From Euryarchaeota archaeon UBA171 (lineage in GTDB: Archaea > Thermoplasmatota > Poseidoniia > Poseidoniales > Thalassarchaeaceae): a stretch of 64,000 nt of DNA. A model generated the notes under the pieces. The model ran no database searches and was not told the origin of the DNA. It worked only from the letters and a program-made list of their open reading frames with translations. The translations under genes and the position numbers were made by a program. How positions within the stretch are numbered: position 1 is the first letter of the stretch; each line of letters opens with the position of its first letter. The stretch covers positions 2,672-66,671 of the forward strand of contig DANO01000013.1 of assembly GCA_002497295.1 (NCBI GenBank). The letters are read 5' to 3'. This document shows positions 18,495-27,846 of the stretch, piece after piece.

Positions 18495-20504
18495 ATGGAC
18501 ACATTGATTGCGATACCAGGGGTTGGTGAATCACTATCCCGGAGGCTTATCGACGAACTTGGTGATGAGGGAGAGGTTCTCCGTATTATCAAGAGTAAGG
18601 ATGTAGCTTCTCTCGCAAAGATTGAGGGGCTTTCTGTAAATCGCGCTGTGCGTATAATCAATGAGTTTGGAGGGAACGGCAAGAGTATCGCTCAAACAAG
18701 CGACGCGCAGAAACTCCATGATCGCCTCCTCTGTGATATTGAGATTCATATTTCTTCTTCTCCTGCCAAGAAGAGGTTGGGCGTCTTACAACCAATGGGC
18801 ATTGAATCGAAAAGTGAAATTGAAATTCGAAGAAGGATGGTTTCTGAGGCTATGTCATTCGTTGCAACGGCTCCATCATCTGTGATTGAATGGGATAAAG
18901 CATCGAGGGGAGTTAAGAGTTTGAAGAGCCATATCGGCAAGATAGACAGGGTAATTGTTGTTCCAGATTCTACATCAGCACAGCAGATCAAGAACATAGA
19001 AAAATATGCCAGAATAGTAGTTCGTGGCACAAATGAGACTTGGAAAGACTACGAGGGACTTCCCAGAGTAACATGGATTGGACCGAATGCACCTGACCAA
19101 ATGCCTCCTGGTTGGTTGTTTTGTAAGATAGCAGATGATTTCCGATCTATGATTCCCGAAATATCACTCCAATGGATTGAGAATAACAGAAGTAGCCTCG
19201 AATCGCTCGTAAATCTTAGTGATATTACTCTTGGATTGGATCCACTTAGCGAGAGGATAAGGGATGCAATGGATGGTCTTGATGATCTTGGTTGGCTCCT
19301 CAAAACAGAAGATGGAGGGACAGATATTGAAAATCTCAGAGATGGGCTATGGAGTGAAATCAAAGCGATAGAGGGTTCCGTGAATGACTCGATAGTGAGT
19401 TCCACTTCTGAGGCCAGCCTTTCTCTAGATGGATCAGAAATGTTAGCCTACTATTCAGATGCCAACAGGCTTCAACACAGACTTAGGGGAGTGGTATCAG
19501 ATTCGATATCTGAGTCACTCGAATACGGGCGCCAGAGGCTCTCAGAATATCTAGAAATGAGTGGCATATCAATTCCAACGAACTGCTTTGAGAGTGATTA
19601 TCCATGTTCTTTCCGGAAGGGGACCATTGAGGAAATTGAACAAGACCTAGATCGTATGATTTCGAATTTCGAAATTGAAGGCGCTATGGTTCGTGCCGAA
19701 AAGGCCTCCTCAGTCATTGGCAGGGCTCAGGATTCTATTTCTGAGATTATTGATATTGACATGTGGATCGGGATTGCAAAATGGGCGAGGTATCGAAAAT
19801 GCGTTCTTCCGGAAATTAAATCAGATGTAGAACCTAGTTGCTACTTCTCAGGGTTTAGACATCCTCTTCTCGGAGTTGATCCTATTCCTGTGAAGTATGG
19901 TTTTGGAAACCTCCCAGATCCGTGCCCTAGGGGGTCGATTGTACTCTTAACCGGAGCGAATTCAGGCGGAAAGACCTCGTTAATTGAGGGTGTGGCTTCG
20001 ATTCTGCTTCTTTCTCATGCTGGTCTACCTGTTCCAGCAGATCAAGCGGTTGTTTCCATAGCAGATGAGATTCATCTGTTGGCAAAAGTTACTGGAACTC
20101 AAAGTGCAGGTGCTCTAGAAAGGACTCTGATGGGCCTCTCTAGAATCGTCATTTCTAGCAAAAAGAAATTCATACTAGCAGATGAGCTTGAGGCTATTAC
20201 CGAGCCAGAAGCAGCATCTGGAATTTTGGCCGGATTGCTAGATGCAGCTGCTTCTAATCATTTGATATCAATTGTCATGGTAACACACATAGGTGCCTCA
20301 ATATGTAGGAAAATGATTGCAGAGGCGAGGATTGATGGGATAGAAGCCAGAGGCTTGGATGAGCAGATGGAATTAATCGTCGATCGAGTACCCAGAATTG
20401 GGGTTCCGGCGAGATCTACTCCTGAATTAATCTTGAAGAGGCTGGAGGCCCGTACCAGCGGATCCGAATCTGAGCTTTTTCGAAGTATAATTGAGCGTCT
20501 TTGA
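18495..20504 (+). CDS. MutS-family ATPase (archaeal MutS2-like, no Smr domain) with N-terminal helix-hairpin-helix
   Basis: N-terminus IAIPGVGESLSRRLIDELG (HhH). C-terminal MutS domain V with Walker A LLTGANSGGKTSL and Walker B FILADELEAITEP. No mismatch-binding or Smr motif seen. Confidence 0.72.
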   Translation: MDTLIAIPGVGESLSRRLIDELGDEGEVLRIIKSKDVASLAKIEGLSVNRAVRIINEFGGNGKSIAQTSDAQKLHDRLLCDIEIHISSSPAKKRLGVLQPMGIESKSEIEIRRRMVSEAMSFVATAPSSVIEWDKASRGVKSLKSHIGKIDRVIVVPDSTSAQQIKNIEKYARIVVRGTNETWKDYEGLPRVTWIGPNAPDQMPPGWLFCKIADDFRSMIPEISLQWIENNRSSLESLVNLSDITLGLDPLSERIRDAMDGLDDLGWLLKTEDGGTDIENLRDGLWSEIKAIEGSVNDSIVSSTSEASLSLDGSEMLAYYSDANRLQHRLRGVVSDSISESLEYGRQRLSEYLEMSGISIPTNCFESDYPCSFRKGTIEEIEQDLDRMISNFEIEGAMVRAEKASSVIGRAQDSISEIIDIDMWIGIAKWARYRKCVLPEIKSDVEPSCYFSGFRHPLLGVDPIPVKYGFGNLPDPCPRGSIVLLTGANSGGKTSLIEGVASILLLSHAGLPVPADQAVVSIADEIHLLAKVTGTQSAGALERTLMGLSRIVISSKKKFILADELEAITEPEAASGILAGLLDAAASNHLISIVMVTHIGASICRKMIAEARIDGIEARGLDEQMELIVDRVPRIGVPARSTPELILKRLEARTSGSESELFRSIIERL

Positions 20505-20530
20505 TGGATTGAGATAGAATATAATGTGGC

Positions 20531-21322
20531 TTAATCAATCTTGAAGAGGCTTTCCATGAGTTCTGAATCTAGTTTTATGGAATTGGTTGGTACGTCTTGC
20601 AAATTACCTCTCTTCTTTCCTGACATGAGTTCAAAGGCTCGTATTAAACGTCCTTTACTCAAGAGATTGTAGGTTTTCCACAGCCTATCTTCACCACTCG
20701 TACTATGCGACTTAACATCGAAATTAGACCATCCGGTCTCATCATGGGTTTTGGAATCGGAGTCAGGATCACCTAATCTGATCAGAAGATCAAACTGTTG
20801 CAAGAGTCTGATGGCCTGATTGACCGACTCCTCTTCACTATACTCGGAATTTCCGTGACTAAGAAGTGATTTTATGAACGGATTGGAATATCCAGCATGA
20901 TGTAAGTAAGAGGTTAGTTTTCTCTCGTTTGTAAGACCGAGATAATAGTCGTAATTATAATTCGAGAGACATGTTTTTCCAGGATTCCTGAGAGAGCATA
21001 TTGTCCTAACATTAGGATGTGTCAATGCTGCTTCAACTAGCTCTTTTCCTCCTGATGCGGAAACAAATGTTATCTCTTTCCCAATGGCTTCGTTAAAGAA
21101 ATCTGTAGCCTCAGAGTGATTCATAGAAGTAAGATCTTTTGTTACTCCAAATTCATCGCATGGCTTCCCATTATCATGTCTCGACCAAAGTCTCTCGCCA
21201 TTTGCGATAGCCAAATTTACGATTCTGGTACCTCCGGCCTTCCTGAAATGCAAAAAGAAGTTGAGACGGCTGACAGCCATGATTCTGGCTTGCTGGTTCG
21301 GGTTTGAACTTTGGGCGTTCAT
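20531..21322 (-). CDS. putative sulfotransferase-family protein
   Basis: 263 aa. FFLHFRKAGGT resembles the 5'-PSB loop (hIPKTGGT) of Sulfotransfer_2/HS6ST-like enzymes. SLRNPGKTCLSNYNY resembles the RDPxxRxxSxY block. Confidence 0.5.
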   Translation of the reverse strand: MNAQSSNPNQQARIMAVSRLNFFLHFRKAGGTRIVNLAIANGERLWSRHDNGKPCDEFGVTKDLTSMNHSEATDFFNEAIGKEITFVSASGGKELVEAALTHPNVRTICSLRNPGKTCLSNYNYDYYLGLTNERKLTSYLHHAGYSNPFIKSLLSHGNSEYSEEESVNQAIRLLQQFDLLIRLGDPDSDSKTHDETGWSNFDVKSHSTSGEDRLWKTYNLLSKGRLIRAFELMSGKKRGNLQDVPTNSIKLDSELMESLFKID

Positions 21323-21337
21323 GCCCCGGTATCTGGA

Positions 21338-21805
21338 TTAGATTAGAGATTCAATTATCTCGCCCACGGATTGTGCTCGACCGCAATATGCACACCTTAT
21401 CTCCAAGGGGTCCTGAGAAACGACTTGCAAACGATGGGGCAGAGGCTCATTCGGATTCTGAGTTATGCAATTAAAGAATGAGCATTTTGCAATGTTTACC
21501 AGTTCTGCACCGAGTCCAATTTGTCTCTTTTCAGCCACGCCATAATTTCGGATGATTGCTATTGACGCAGAGGGGGCTATTAGAGCGAGTCGATCAAGTT
21601 CTTCCTGACTTAATTCTCGATCTTCGATCTTGAGTACGTCCTTCCTGCCTACTTTGCTGCTGGGAACATTCATGACAAGTGAAATTGGATTTGAATGGGA
21701 GCCATCGATATGGAGCATGCGCATGACTTGGACAGCACTTCCAGATGGTATGTGATCAATCACAGTCCCATTACAGATAGCAGAAACTCTCCTCATCTCA
21801 TTCAT
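21338..21805 (-). CDS. pyrI: aspartate carbamoyltransferase regulatory subunit
   Basis: 155 aa. VSAICNGTVIDHIPSG and the Zn-domain cysteines CSFFNCIT...CAYCGR. Overlaps the pyrB stop by 4 nt. Confidence 0.9.
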   Translation of the reverse strand: MNEMRRVSAICNGTVIDHIPSGSAVQVMRMLHIDGSHSNPISLVMNVPSSKVGRKDVLKIEDRELSQEELDRLALIAPSASIAIIRNYGVAEKRQIGLGAELVNIAKCSFFNCITQNPNEPLPHRLQVVSQDPLEIRCAYCGRAQSVGEIIESLI

Positions 21806-22728
21806 ATGATCGCCTCCGGGATTTCAATGCCAAGACTTCGACAAAGTAGGGCCATACGAGTTGGGACGCCATTGAATGCTTGTTTGAAGTACCATGCATG
21901 ACTAGTGGCATCGATACTCGGATGAATTTCATTCACTCTCGGGAGAGGGTGCATGACCATCATATCAGATTGCGCGCTCCTCAAATCCTCGGCCTTCAAG
22001 GTGTATATGCCTGCGACCTTCTCATACTCTGCCTCATCTGGGAATCGCTCTCTCTGGATTCGAGTCATGTACACGACATCCGCAGATGAAATTGCAGGAG
22101 AGAGTTCTTCACTTTCCTCGACATGGCATCCTGAAGACTTGAGATCCCTTACGATCTCGGATGGCATTTTGAGAGGATCGGGGGATACTAATGTCAATGA
22201 AGCACCGAAGCGACTGAGAGCATGGCTCAGACTGTGTGCTGTCCGGCCATATCTTAGATCACCGACCAGCACCACATTGAGGCCCTCAATCTTGCCCTGC
22301 CCCTTACGGATTGTGAATAGATCAAGAAGTGTTTGAGTCGGGTGATTTCCGGCGCCATCACCTGCATTCATTACAGGTATTTTGACGGCGTCAGCAGCAT
22401 ATTGTGCTGCACCTTGTCTCGGGTGCCTTATTACAGCAACATCAGCATACCCATCAATCATCTGCATTGTGTCATAGAGCGTCTCGCCCTTCTTGACGGA
22501 AGACCCTACTTCACTAAGGTTCAGAACCTCTCCCCCAAGTCTCTTCATAGAAGTCTCGAAAGATAGTCGAGTTCTTGTTGAGTTCTCAAAAAAGAGATTG
22601 GCTAAGACCTTGCCTTCTAGCAGCGGCAGATGTACATCGCCCCGGGCAATGGGGAGGAGCCGCTCTGCATCGTCTAGTAGTGAAATCGCCTCTTCATTAG
22701 TCAAATCGTCCATTGTAATGAGGTCCAC
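21802..22728 (-). CDS. pyrB: aspartate carbamoyltransferase catalytic subunit
   Basis: 308 aa. FFENSTRTRLSFE, IRHP, HPTQ, HPLPR motifs. Confidence 0.93.
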   Translation of the reverse strand: MDLITMDDLTNEEAISLLDDAERLLPIARGDVHLPLLEGKVLANLFFENSTRTRLSFETSMKRLGGEVLNLSEVGSSVKKGETLYDTMQMIDGYADVAVIRHPRQGAAQYAADAVKIPVMNAGDGAGNHPTQTLLDLFTIRKGQGKIEGLNVVLVGDLRYGRTAHSLSHALSRFGASLTLVSPDPLKMPSEIVRDLKSSGCHVEESEELSPAISSADVVYMTRIQRERFPDEAEYEKVAGIYTLKAEDLRSAQSDMMVMHPLPRVNEIHPSIDATSHAWYFKQAFNGVPTRMALLCRSLGIEIPEAII

Positions 22729-22853
22729 GTGTCACTCCTCCGGCCCTTTCAATGGCTGGCCGGACATATGTCTTGCCGTATATGGGGTAATGGATGATGG
22801 GTCTTGAAAGGAATCTGGCGAAGGCTTGAGTATCTGACCGTTAGCGGATATTC

Positions 22854-23936
22854 ATGGCAGAGGACATGTACTACAGAATGATGGGATCAACAGGAATTCA
22901 AGTTTCAGTGTTGTCATATGGATTCTGGGCCACATATGGGGTCAAGAACGATCTTTCAGGTGATGAGGGGGTTGAAACTGCTAAGGAGCTCTTGAAGATC
23001 GCCAGAGAGGCAGGAGTGAACTGCTTTGATCATGCAGAGGCCTATGGGACCCCAGCAGGGGAGGCGGAGAGGATTTTCGGTCTTGCCCTATCCGAATTGG
23101 TTGAAGAAGACCCTGAACTTTGGAGGAGATCAGACCTGGTAATTACGACCAAGATATTCTGGGGAGGGGGTGGCGTCAATGAACGTGGGCTGTCCCGTAA
23201 GCACATCATGGAAGGCATGGATGCATCTCTGGATCGTCTTGGATTAGATTACGTCGATATGGTGTTCTGTCATCGACCCGATCCGCACACCCCAACTTCG
23301 ACGGTAGTTAGAGCAATGACCGATATCGTTAGGGCGGGGGTTTCTACTGCTTGGGGTACAAGCGAATGGTCAGCACAGCAAATTACAGAGGCATTCTGGA
23401 TTGCAAGGAGCGAGGGTCTTGAACCCCCTTCATTCGAGCAACCTCAATACAACATGCTCCACAGGGATCGTTTTGAAAAGGAGTATTTTCCTCTTTACCA
23501 GCCTCCATATTCCCTTGGGACGACAATCTGGTCGCCTCTAAGATCGGGTTTCTTAACAGGGAAATACAATGATGGGATACCTGAGGGTTCCCGTGCAACT
23601 GTGGAAATCTACGGGTGGTTGAAGGATGAGTTGGAAGACAGGCGAGAGAGGGGTGAAGTAGAGATCGTTAGGGAGTTAACAACATATGCTGAAAATGAGT
23701 TAAATTGTTCAATGGCGCAATTGGCTTTAGCATGGTGTTTGAAGAATAAGAATGTTTCAACAATCCTTCTCGGTGCCACGAATTCAAAGCAATTGAGAGA
23801 GAATCTAGGTTGTATTGAAGTCGCCTTGAAGCTCGACGAATCACACATGGAATCGATAGATGAGATTCTCGGGAATAAGCCTGAGGCTTGGATTGGTCCT
23901 GGCGGAAGTGGAAATAGAGATTTGAAAACGTTGTGA
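22854..23936 (+). CDS. aldo/keto reductase (Kv-beta-like subfamily)
   Basis: 360 aa. FDHAEAYG, LVITTKIFWGG, DYVDMVFCHRPD, WGTSEWSA, STILLGATNSKQL. Confidence 0.85.
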   Translation: MAEDMYYRMMGSTGIQVSVLSYGFWATYGVKNDLSGDEGVETAKELLKIAREAGVNCFDHAEAYGTPAGEAERIFGLALSELVEEDPELWRRSDLVITTKIFWGGGGVNERGLSRKHIMEGMDASLDRLGLDYVDMVFCHRPDPHTPTSTVVRAMTDIVRAGVSTAWGTSEWSAQQITEAFWIARSEGLEPPSFEQPQYNMLHRDRFEKEYFPLYQPPYSLGTTIWSPLRSGFLTGKYNDGIPEGSRATVEIYGWLKDELEDRRERGEVEIVRELTTYAENELNCSMAQLALAWCLKNKNVSTILLGATNSKQLRENLGCIEVALKLDESHMESIDEILGNKPEAWIGPGGSGNRDLKTL

Positions 23937-23996
23937 AGAGTATGATTGTATCAATTCAACTAATATGTGATAAACGAATAGGTTTGAGATTAGAAT

Positions 23997-24887
23997 ATGA
24001 CCTCTGAAGAAGAAGGCAGCTGGTGGGAACAGCAAGCTGAATACGAGGGTTCCAAGAGTTCTTCTTCACAGGAAACAACAACGATTGTATCGGGCCCTGA
24101 AACAAAGAATGAGACCAATATGGCATTCACTCTCGGACGATTTCTGCCATTCATTGTGGCAGGGATCATCGGGATTTCCTTTTTGATGGGTTCAGTGTTC
24201 GTTGCTTTTTCTTTCATTCTACCAAATGGAACAACTGACAGTGGAGATGAATCGTCAGGAGAATCTGATAAATGGATCTCTACGAATGGAACTATCCTGG
24301 AAACTAGCCAGTATATCGAGGATTCTGTGACTTGGGAGAGAACTGATTCTTGGCAAGAATGCTACTGGGATGACTGGGAGGAACGGGAAATCTGTGATAC
24401 ATACTACGATACCTACTACGAGGATGGGTACGAATGTACAGCTGGGATTGACTACGAGTATTCTGTGAATGGGACAGTCTACAACGACAGCGAGTCTCTT
24501 ACATTCCAAGATTACAGTCCTTGTCTTGACTGGGTATACAATGATTATCCGAGAAATGGGACTGTAGAAGTCTGGTACAATGAAGGCGATCCCGGAGAGA
24601 GCAGGCTTACTGAGCCTTTGGAATGGAGTATAGCCGAGGGTTTGTTAGGCGTATTTTTTGGCTGCTGCTCATTCTTCTTCCTGATTTTCATAGTGATTTC
24701 GATAAGCAAATGGTCCGGAAGAGTTCAGGGCGGCCATACATCTAGAATGGGATTCAGCAGGAGGATTTCGAGAGGAGGAAACTCTCGAATAAGGAGATCT
24801 GGCGGGAGACGCTCCGGGGGGAGAGGCTCTAGCGGAGGTGGCTCCTCCACAAGAACGGTTAGCAGATCTAGAAGAAGAAGTAAATGA
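23997..24887 (+). CDS. membrane protein with an acidic/aromatic ectodomain (DUF3592-like) and an Arg/Gly/Ser-rich cytoplasmic tail
   Basis: 296 aa. Two TM segments flank a W/Y/D/E-rich loop containing GTVEVWYNEGDPGESRL. The C-terminus is RISRGGNSRIRRSGGRRSGGRGSSGGGSSTRTVSRSRRRSK. Confidence 0.55.
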   Translation: MTSEEEGSWWEQQAEYEGSKSSSSQETTTIVSGPETKNETNMAFTLGRFLPFIVAGIIGISFLMGSVFVAFSFILPNGTTDSGDESSGESDKWISTNGTILETSQYIEDSVTWERTDSWQECYWDDWEEREICDTYYDTYYEDGYECTAGIDYEYSVNGTVYNDSESLTFQDYSPCLDWVYNDYPRNGTVEVWYNEGDPGESRLTEPLEWSIAEGLLGVFFGCCSFFFLIFIVISISKWSGRVQGGHTSRMGFSRRISRGGNSRIRRSGGRRSGGRGSSGGGSSTRTVSRSRRRSK

Positions 24888-24892
24888 TCGCC

Positions 24893-25222
24893 TCATAGGG
24901 ACAGGATGACTAGCCCCAGGGCTAGAATCACAGCTCCGATGAGTATCATAGTCTGGAGAGTCACATCGGATTCCTCATGCGTAACTGGGCCGTCTCCGAT
25001 ATCAGACACGACTGTTTCAATCGCTTCGGCTGCTGTATCCTGTCTGGATTCCGAAAAATCGATCTCCTCCTTCTTGTCCGGACCCCCTACTCCGAGATCT
25101 TCCTGATTCTCGATAAGTCTGTCAATCAATTCTGCCTTTCTTCCGGACACTGGCAGCGAATGGTCTGCGAGGAGTTCCTTGAGTTCTACGACTGTCATTA
25201 ATTTTAGACTATCGCGGTCCAT
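24893..25222 (-). CDS. tail-anchored SAP (or Rho_N-like) domain protein
   Basis: 109 aa. LMTVVELKELLADHSLPVSGRKAELIDRLIE fits the SAP helix-extended-helix motif. An acidic linker follows, then a single C-terminal TM (MILIGAVILALGLVILSL). Confidence 0.6.
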   Translation of the reverse strand: MDRDSLKLMTVVELKELLADHSLPVSGRKAELIDRLIENQEDLGVGGPDKKEEIDFSESRQDTAAEAIETVVSDIGDGPVTHEESDVTLQTMILIGAVILALGLVILSL

Positions 25223-25274
25223 GATGTTGGATTCTGTATACGGTACTTAATCCACGAGTAGTTTGTATTACACT

Positions 25275-26288
25275 TTACTTCTGTTCATCCAACCAGGCAC
25301 GCATGACACAAGACTGGCATATTTCTCGACTTGTGACGCCCCCACATAGCGAGCATGAGCGAATTTCCGAAGGAGTATTTCCAGAGGATGCATGCATCTG
25401 ACGTATATGTTCTAGGCTGTGTAAAAGGCCGTGTCTTGCACCGGGTGTTTCTGTCTCAAGGGCTGCTATGATCTCTCGACTTCGTTGACGTTGGGCTCCA
25501 GCCGCGTGAGGGCAATCCCCGTGATGGAATGGTATATTGAGCACCATAGCAAGAGCATGGACTTCTTGTTCAGGGATCCAGCGAAGCGGGACAATCCTCG
25601 GAGGGAGCCCGTCTATTGGCGTAGACGTATGTGGCGCCAGTCTGACCGATCTGTCAACTTCTCCCTTCTGGAGATTCATGAGTATAGATTGGGCCATATC
25701 ATCCAAATTGTGACCCAGGGCCATGACGTCTGCACCTGATCGTTCAGCGAGAGCATTCAGGCTCTGTCTTCTAAAAACGCCACAAAACGAGCAGGGCATC
25801 ATTCCATCCGCCTGTGGATTTTTCATCGCGATATCAGGCATCATACGGACTACTTCATCCATTCTTGAGTATCCCATCTCTTCATACCCTAATTGGAGTA
25901 ATTCTATTCCAAGAGACTCGCATAATTCCTCTATACAAGCAATGGAGGGGGATCGATAGCCGTCTATTCCTTCATCGATCACACCTGCTATTATCTCCAG
26001 ATCTCTTCTGCGTCCGAGTATGTCAACAATGAGTTTGAGCATAATCGCAGAATCCTTGCCACCGCTCACTGCGGCGAGTATTCGTAATGGACTTCCGTCC
26101 TCTTTTCTAGCATCCTTTGGAAGAGGTAGTTGGACTCTTAGATCTCTCGATACTCTACGTCTTATTGACTCGTGTAAATGCCGCCCGCATAATCTCTGGC
26201 CACTGTATGGCTGATGTACAAGACTGGTATGGTCACACCGACTACATGACTCAACCTTCAGTCCGCACATGACGTTGGGAGGCCCCAT
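25275..26288 (-). CDS. tRNA 2-thiolation PP-loop ATPase (TtuA/Ncs6/Ctu1 family)
   Basis: PP-loop AAVSGGKDSAIML and Fe-S cysteines PCSFCGVFRR. Zinc fingers CSRCDH...LCGRH at the N-terminus and CSLCGG...CQSC at the C-terminus. The listed ORF extends to 26375; M30 (26288) or M36 (26270) fit the family N-terminus. Confidence 0.8.
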   Translation of the reverse strand: MGPPNVMCGLKVESCSRCDHTSLVHQPYSGQRLCGRHLHESIRRRVSRDLRVQLPLPKDARKEDGSPLRILAAVSGGKDSAIMLKLIVDILGRRRDLEIIAGVIDEGIDGYRSPSIACIEELCESLGIELLQLGYEEMGYSRMDEVVRMMPDIAMKNPQADGMMPCSFCGVFRRQSLNALAERSGADVMALGHNLDDMAQSILMNLQKGEVDRSVRLAPHTSTPIDGLPPRIVPLRWIPEQEVHALAMVLNIPFHHGDCPHAAGAQRQRSREIIAALETETPGARHGLLHSLEHIRQMHASSGNTPSEIRSCSLCGGVTSREICQSCVMRAWLDEQK

Positions 26289-26604
26289 CTGTGTTTCAAC
26301 ACGATGGAAGTAGCGAGAGGTTCTTGCGAGGTAGCATAGCGCAGACACCCATGGATGTGGGCCCAGAACTTCCATACTCGCAAAAATGGCATGGAAGAGT
26401 ATCCAGCCCTTGGCTAGAACGCATACTGTTTGTATCTTCCATCCTCATATTCAGCATAATTGCAGGCGAGATTCGTCCTTCGCTCTCAGACTCGTTTGGT
26501 TCTTCAACATCCTTGCTAATTTATCCAATATCAATACTCGTCTCATTTATCGTGACTGAACATCTTGTGCGTCTGATAGAACGACTATTTGGGATAAGGT
26601 GAGG

Positions 26605-27837
26605 TCATAACTCTGTTTCTTCGGAGCGATATCCGGAGAATCCTCTGAAGATAGACTCGAACCACCCTAGAACTGTTTGCCATGGTACCAGATATCTGAG
26701 CATACTAACAAAGAGCAGGAATAAACCAGCAGATATCACCTTACCATAGGTCATTTGCAATTCGAGAGAGTCGTTGACCTGTTGGCTCCATTGGTTGGGT
26801 TGGAACTCTGATATCACCATGATCATTATCTCGTCGAAATCAAGCGCTACCGCAGTCAATATGGTGGCAAGTGAAAGAACTCCGAGAAGTTGAGAGAGGT
26901 GTGTATTTAGCACTGTTTGGAACATCCGTATATGTTCATTATCCGTCCTAGCGCTCTCCGGCAACATGGCTACATACTCAAATAATCGGATGACCATGTG
27001 TGATGACTCGAAAAACAAGAAGAGTAGAATCGATATGGTGATTAGCTCGAAAGCCAACGGCGACACCAGGCCCCCGAACAGTGTTGAGTCGCCGATTTGA
27101 GCAGGGAGCGGCTTGAGCCCTATTCCCTGTACAGATTCCAGTACTGCCTCGAAGGTCAGTAAAGCATGGAAGACTATGAACATAATAGTGTAGCTAATAG
27201 TTGCGATTATGGCACGCATTGAGATATTCCATATCCCTATCAGGCCGAATAGGACTGGTATGAAAACAACACCCATCACGATTATTTCTGATATCACTTG
27301 CATTGTCAATGAGAGTCTGTCTCCGTGATTCAATACAGAGAACTCTTGACCAAAAGGAATATACAACTGCTGATAGCTTATCATGCTTGCAATCCACTCG
27401 AACAAGAATGGCCCGAATCCTGCAATGATTACTGATGCGTAGATCGTATTTTTTATTCTTCGGCGTGTCTTGGAGCTTCTACTTGAAACGTAGGCATGAG
27501 CGCCTGTCAACAACAGACAGAATATAGAGGGAATGAGCAATGCTGCTTCTCCTACCTGGTCCGCTCCTGTGATGAAATCAGGAAGTATTGATTCGCGCTC
27601 GAATGCTTCTTCGACATAAGCCATACCTCGCGTGTGTTCGAAAGCAGGGCACCAATAGGTAGAGCCCTCTGCCTCATCGATGAAATCTTGATTGCATTCA
27701 CCGTACACAGAGGTCATTGTTAGTAAGAGCGCTGCTAGAGCCAATGTTGCAACTAATTGGAGCATTAATATTTGCCACCTCGTGCGCAATGAGCGAAGTC
27801 TCAAAGTGTGTTTTTGGTCCGGGTTTTCATCTGCCAT
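26605..27837 (-). CDS. polytopic membrane protein, unknown function
   Basis: 410 aa with about 9-10 predicted TM segments. Starts 9 nt downstream of the DUF58 gene on the same strand. Confidence 0.6.
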   Translation of the reverse strand: MADENPDQKHTLRLRSLRTRWQILMLQLVATLALAALLLTMTSVYGECNQDFIDEAEGSTYWCPAFEHTRGMAYVEEAFERESILPDFITGADQVGEAALLIPSIFCLLLTGAHAYVSSRSSKTRRRIKNTIYASVIIAGFGPFLFEWIASMISYQQLYIPFGQEFSVLNHGDRLSLTMQVISEIIVMGVVFIPVLFGLIGIWNISMRAIIATISYTIMFIVFHALLTFEAVLESVQGIGLKPLPAQIGDSTLFGGLVSPLAFELITISILLFLFFESSHMVIRLFEYVAMLPESARTDNEHIRMFQTVLNTHLSQLLGVLSLATILTAVALDFDEIMIMVISEFQPNQWSQQVNDSLELQMTYGKVISAGLFLLFVSMLRYLVPWQTVLGWFESIFRGFSGYRSEETEL

Positions 27838-27846
27838 TCAATCACC

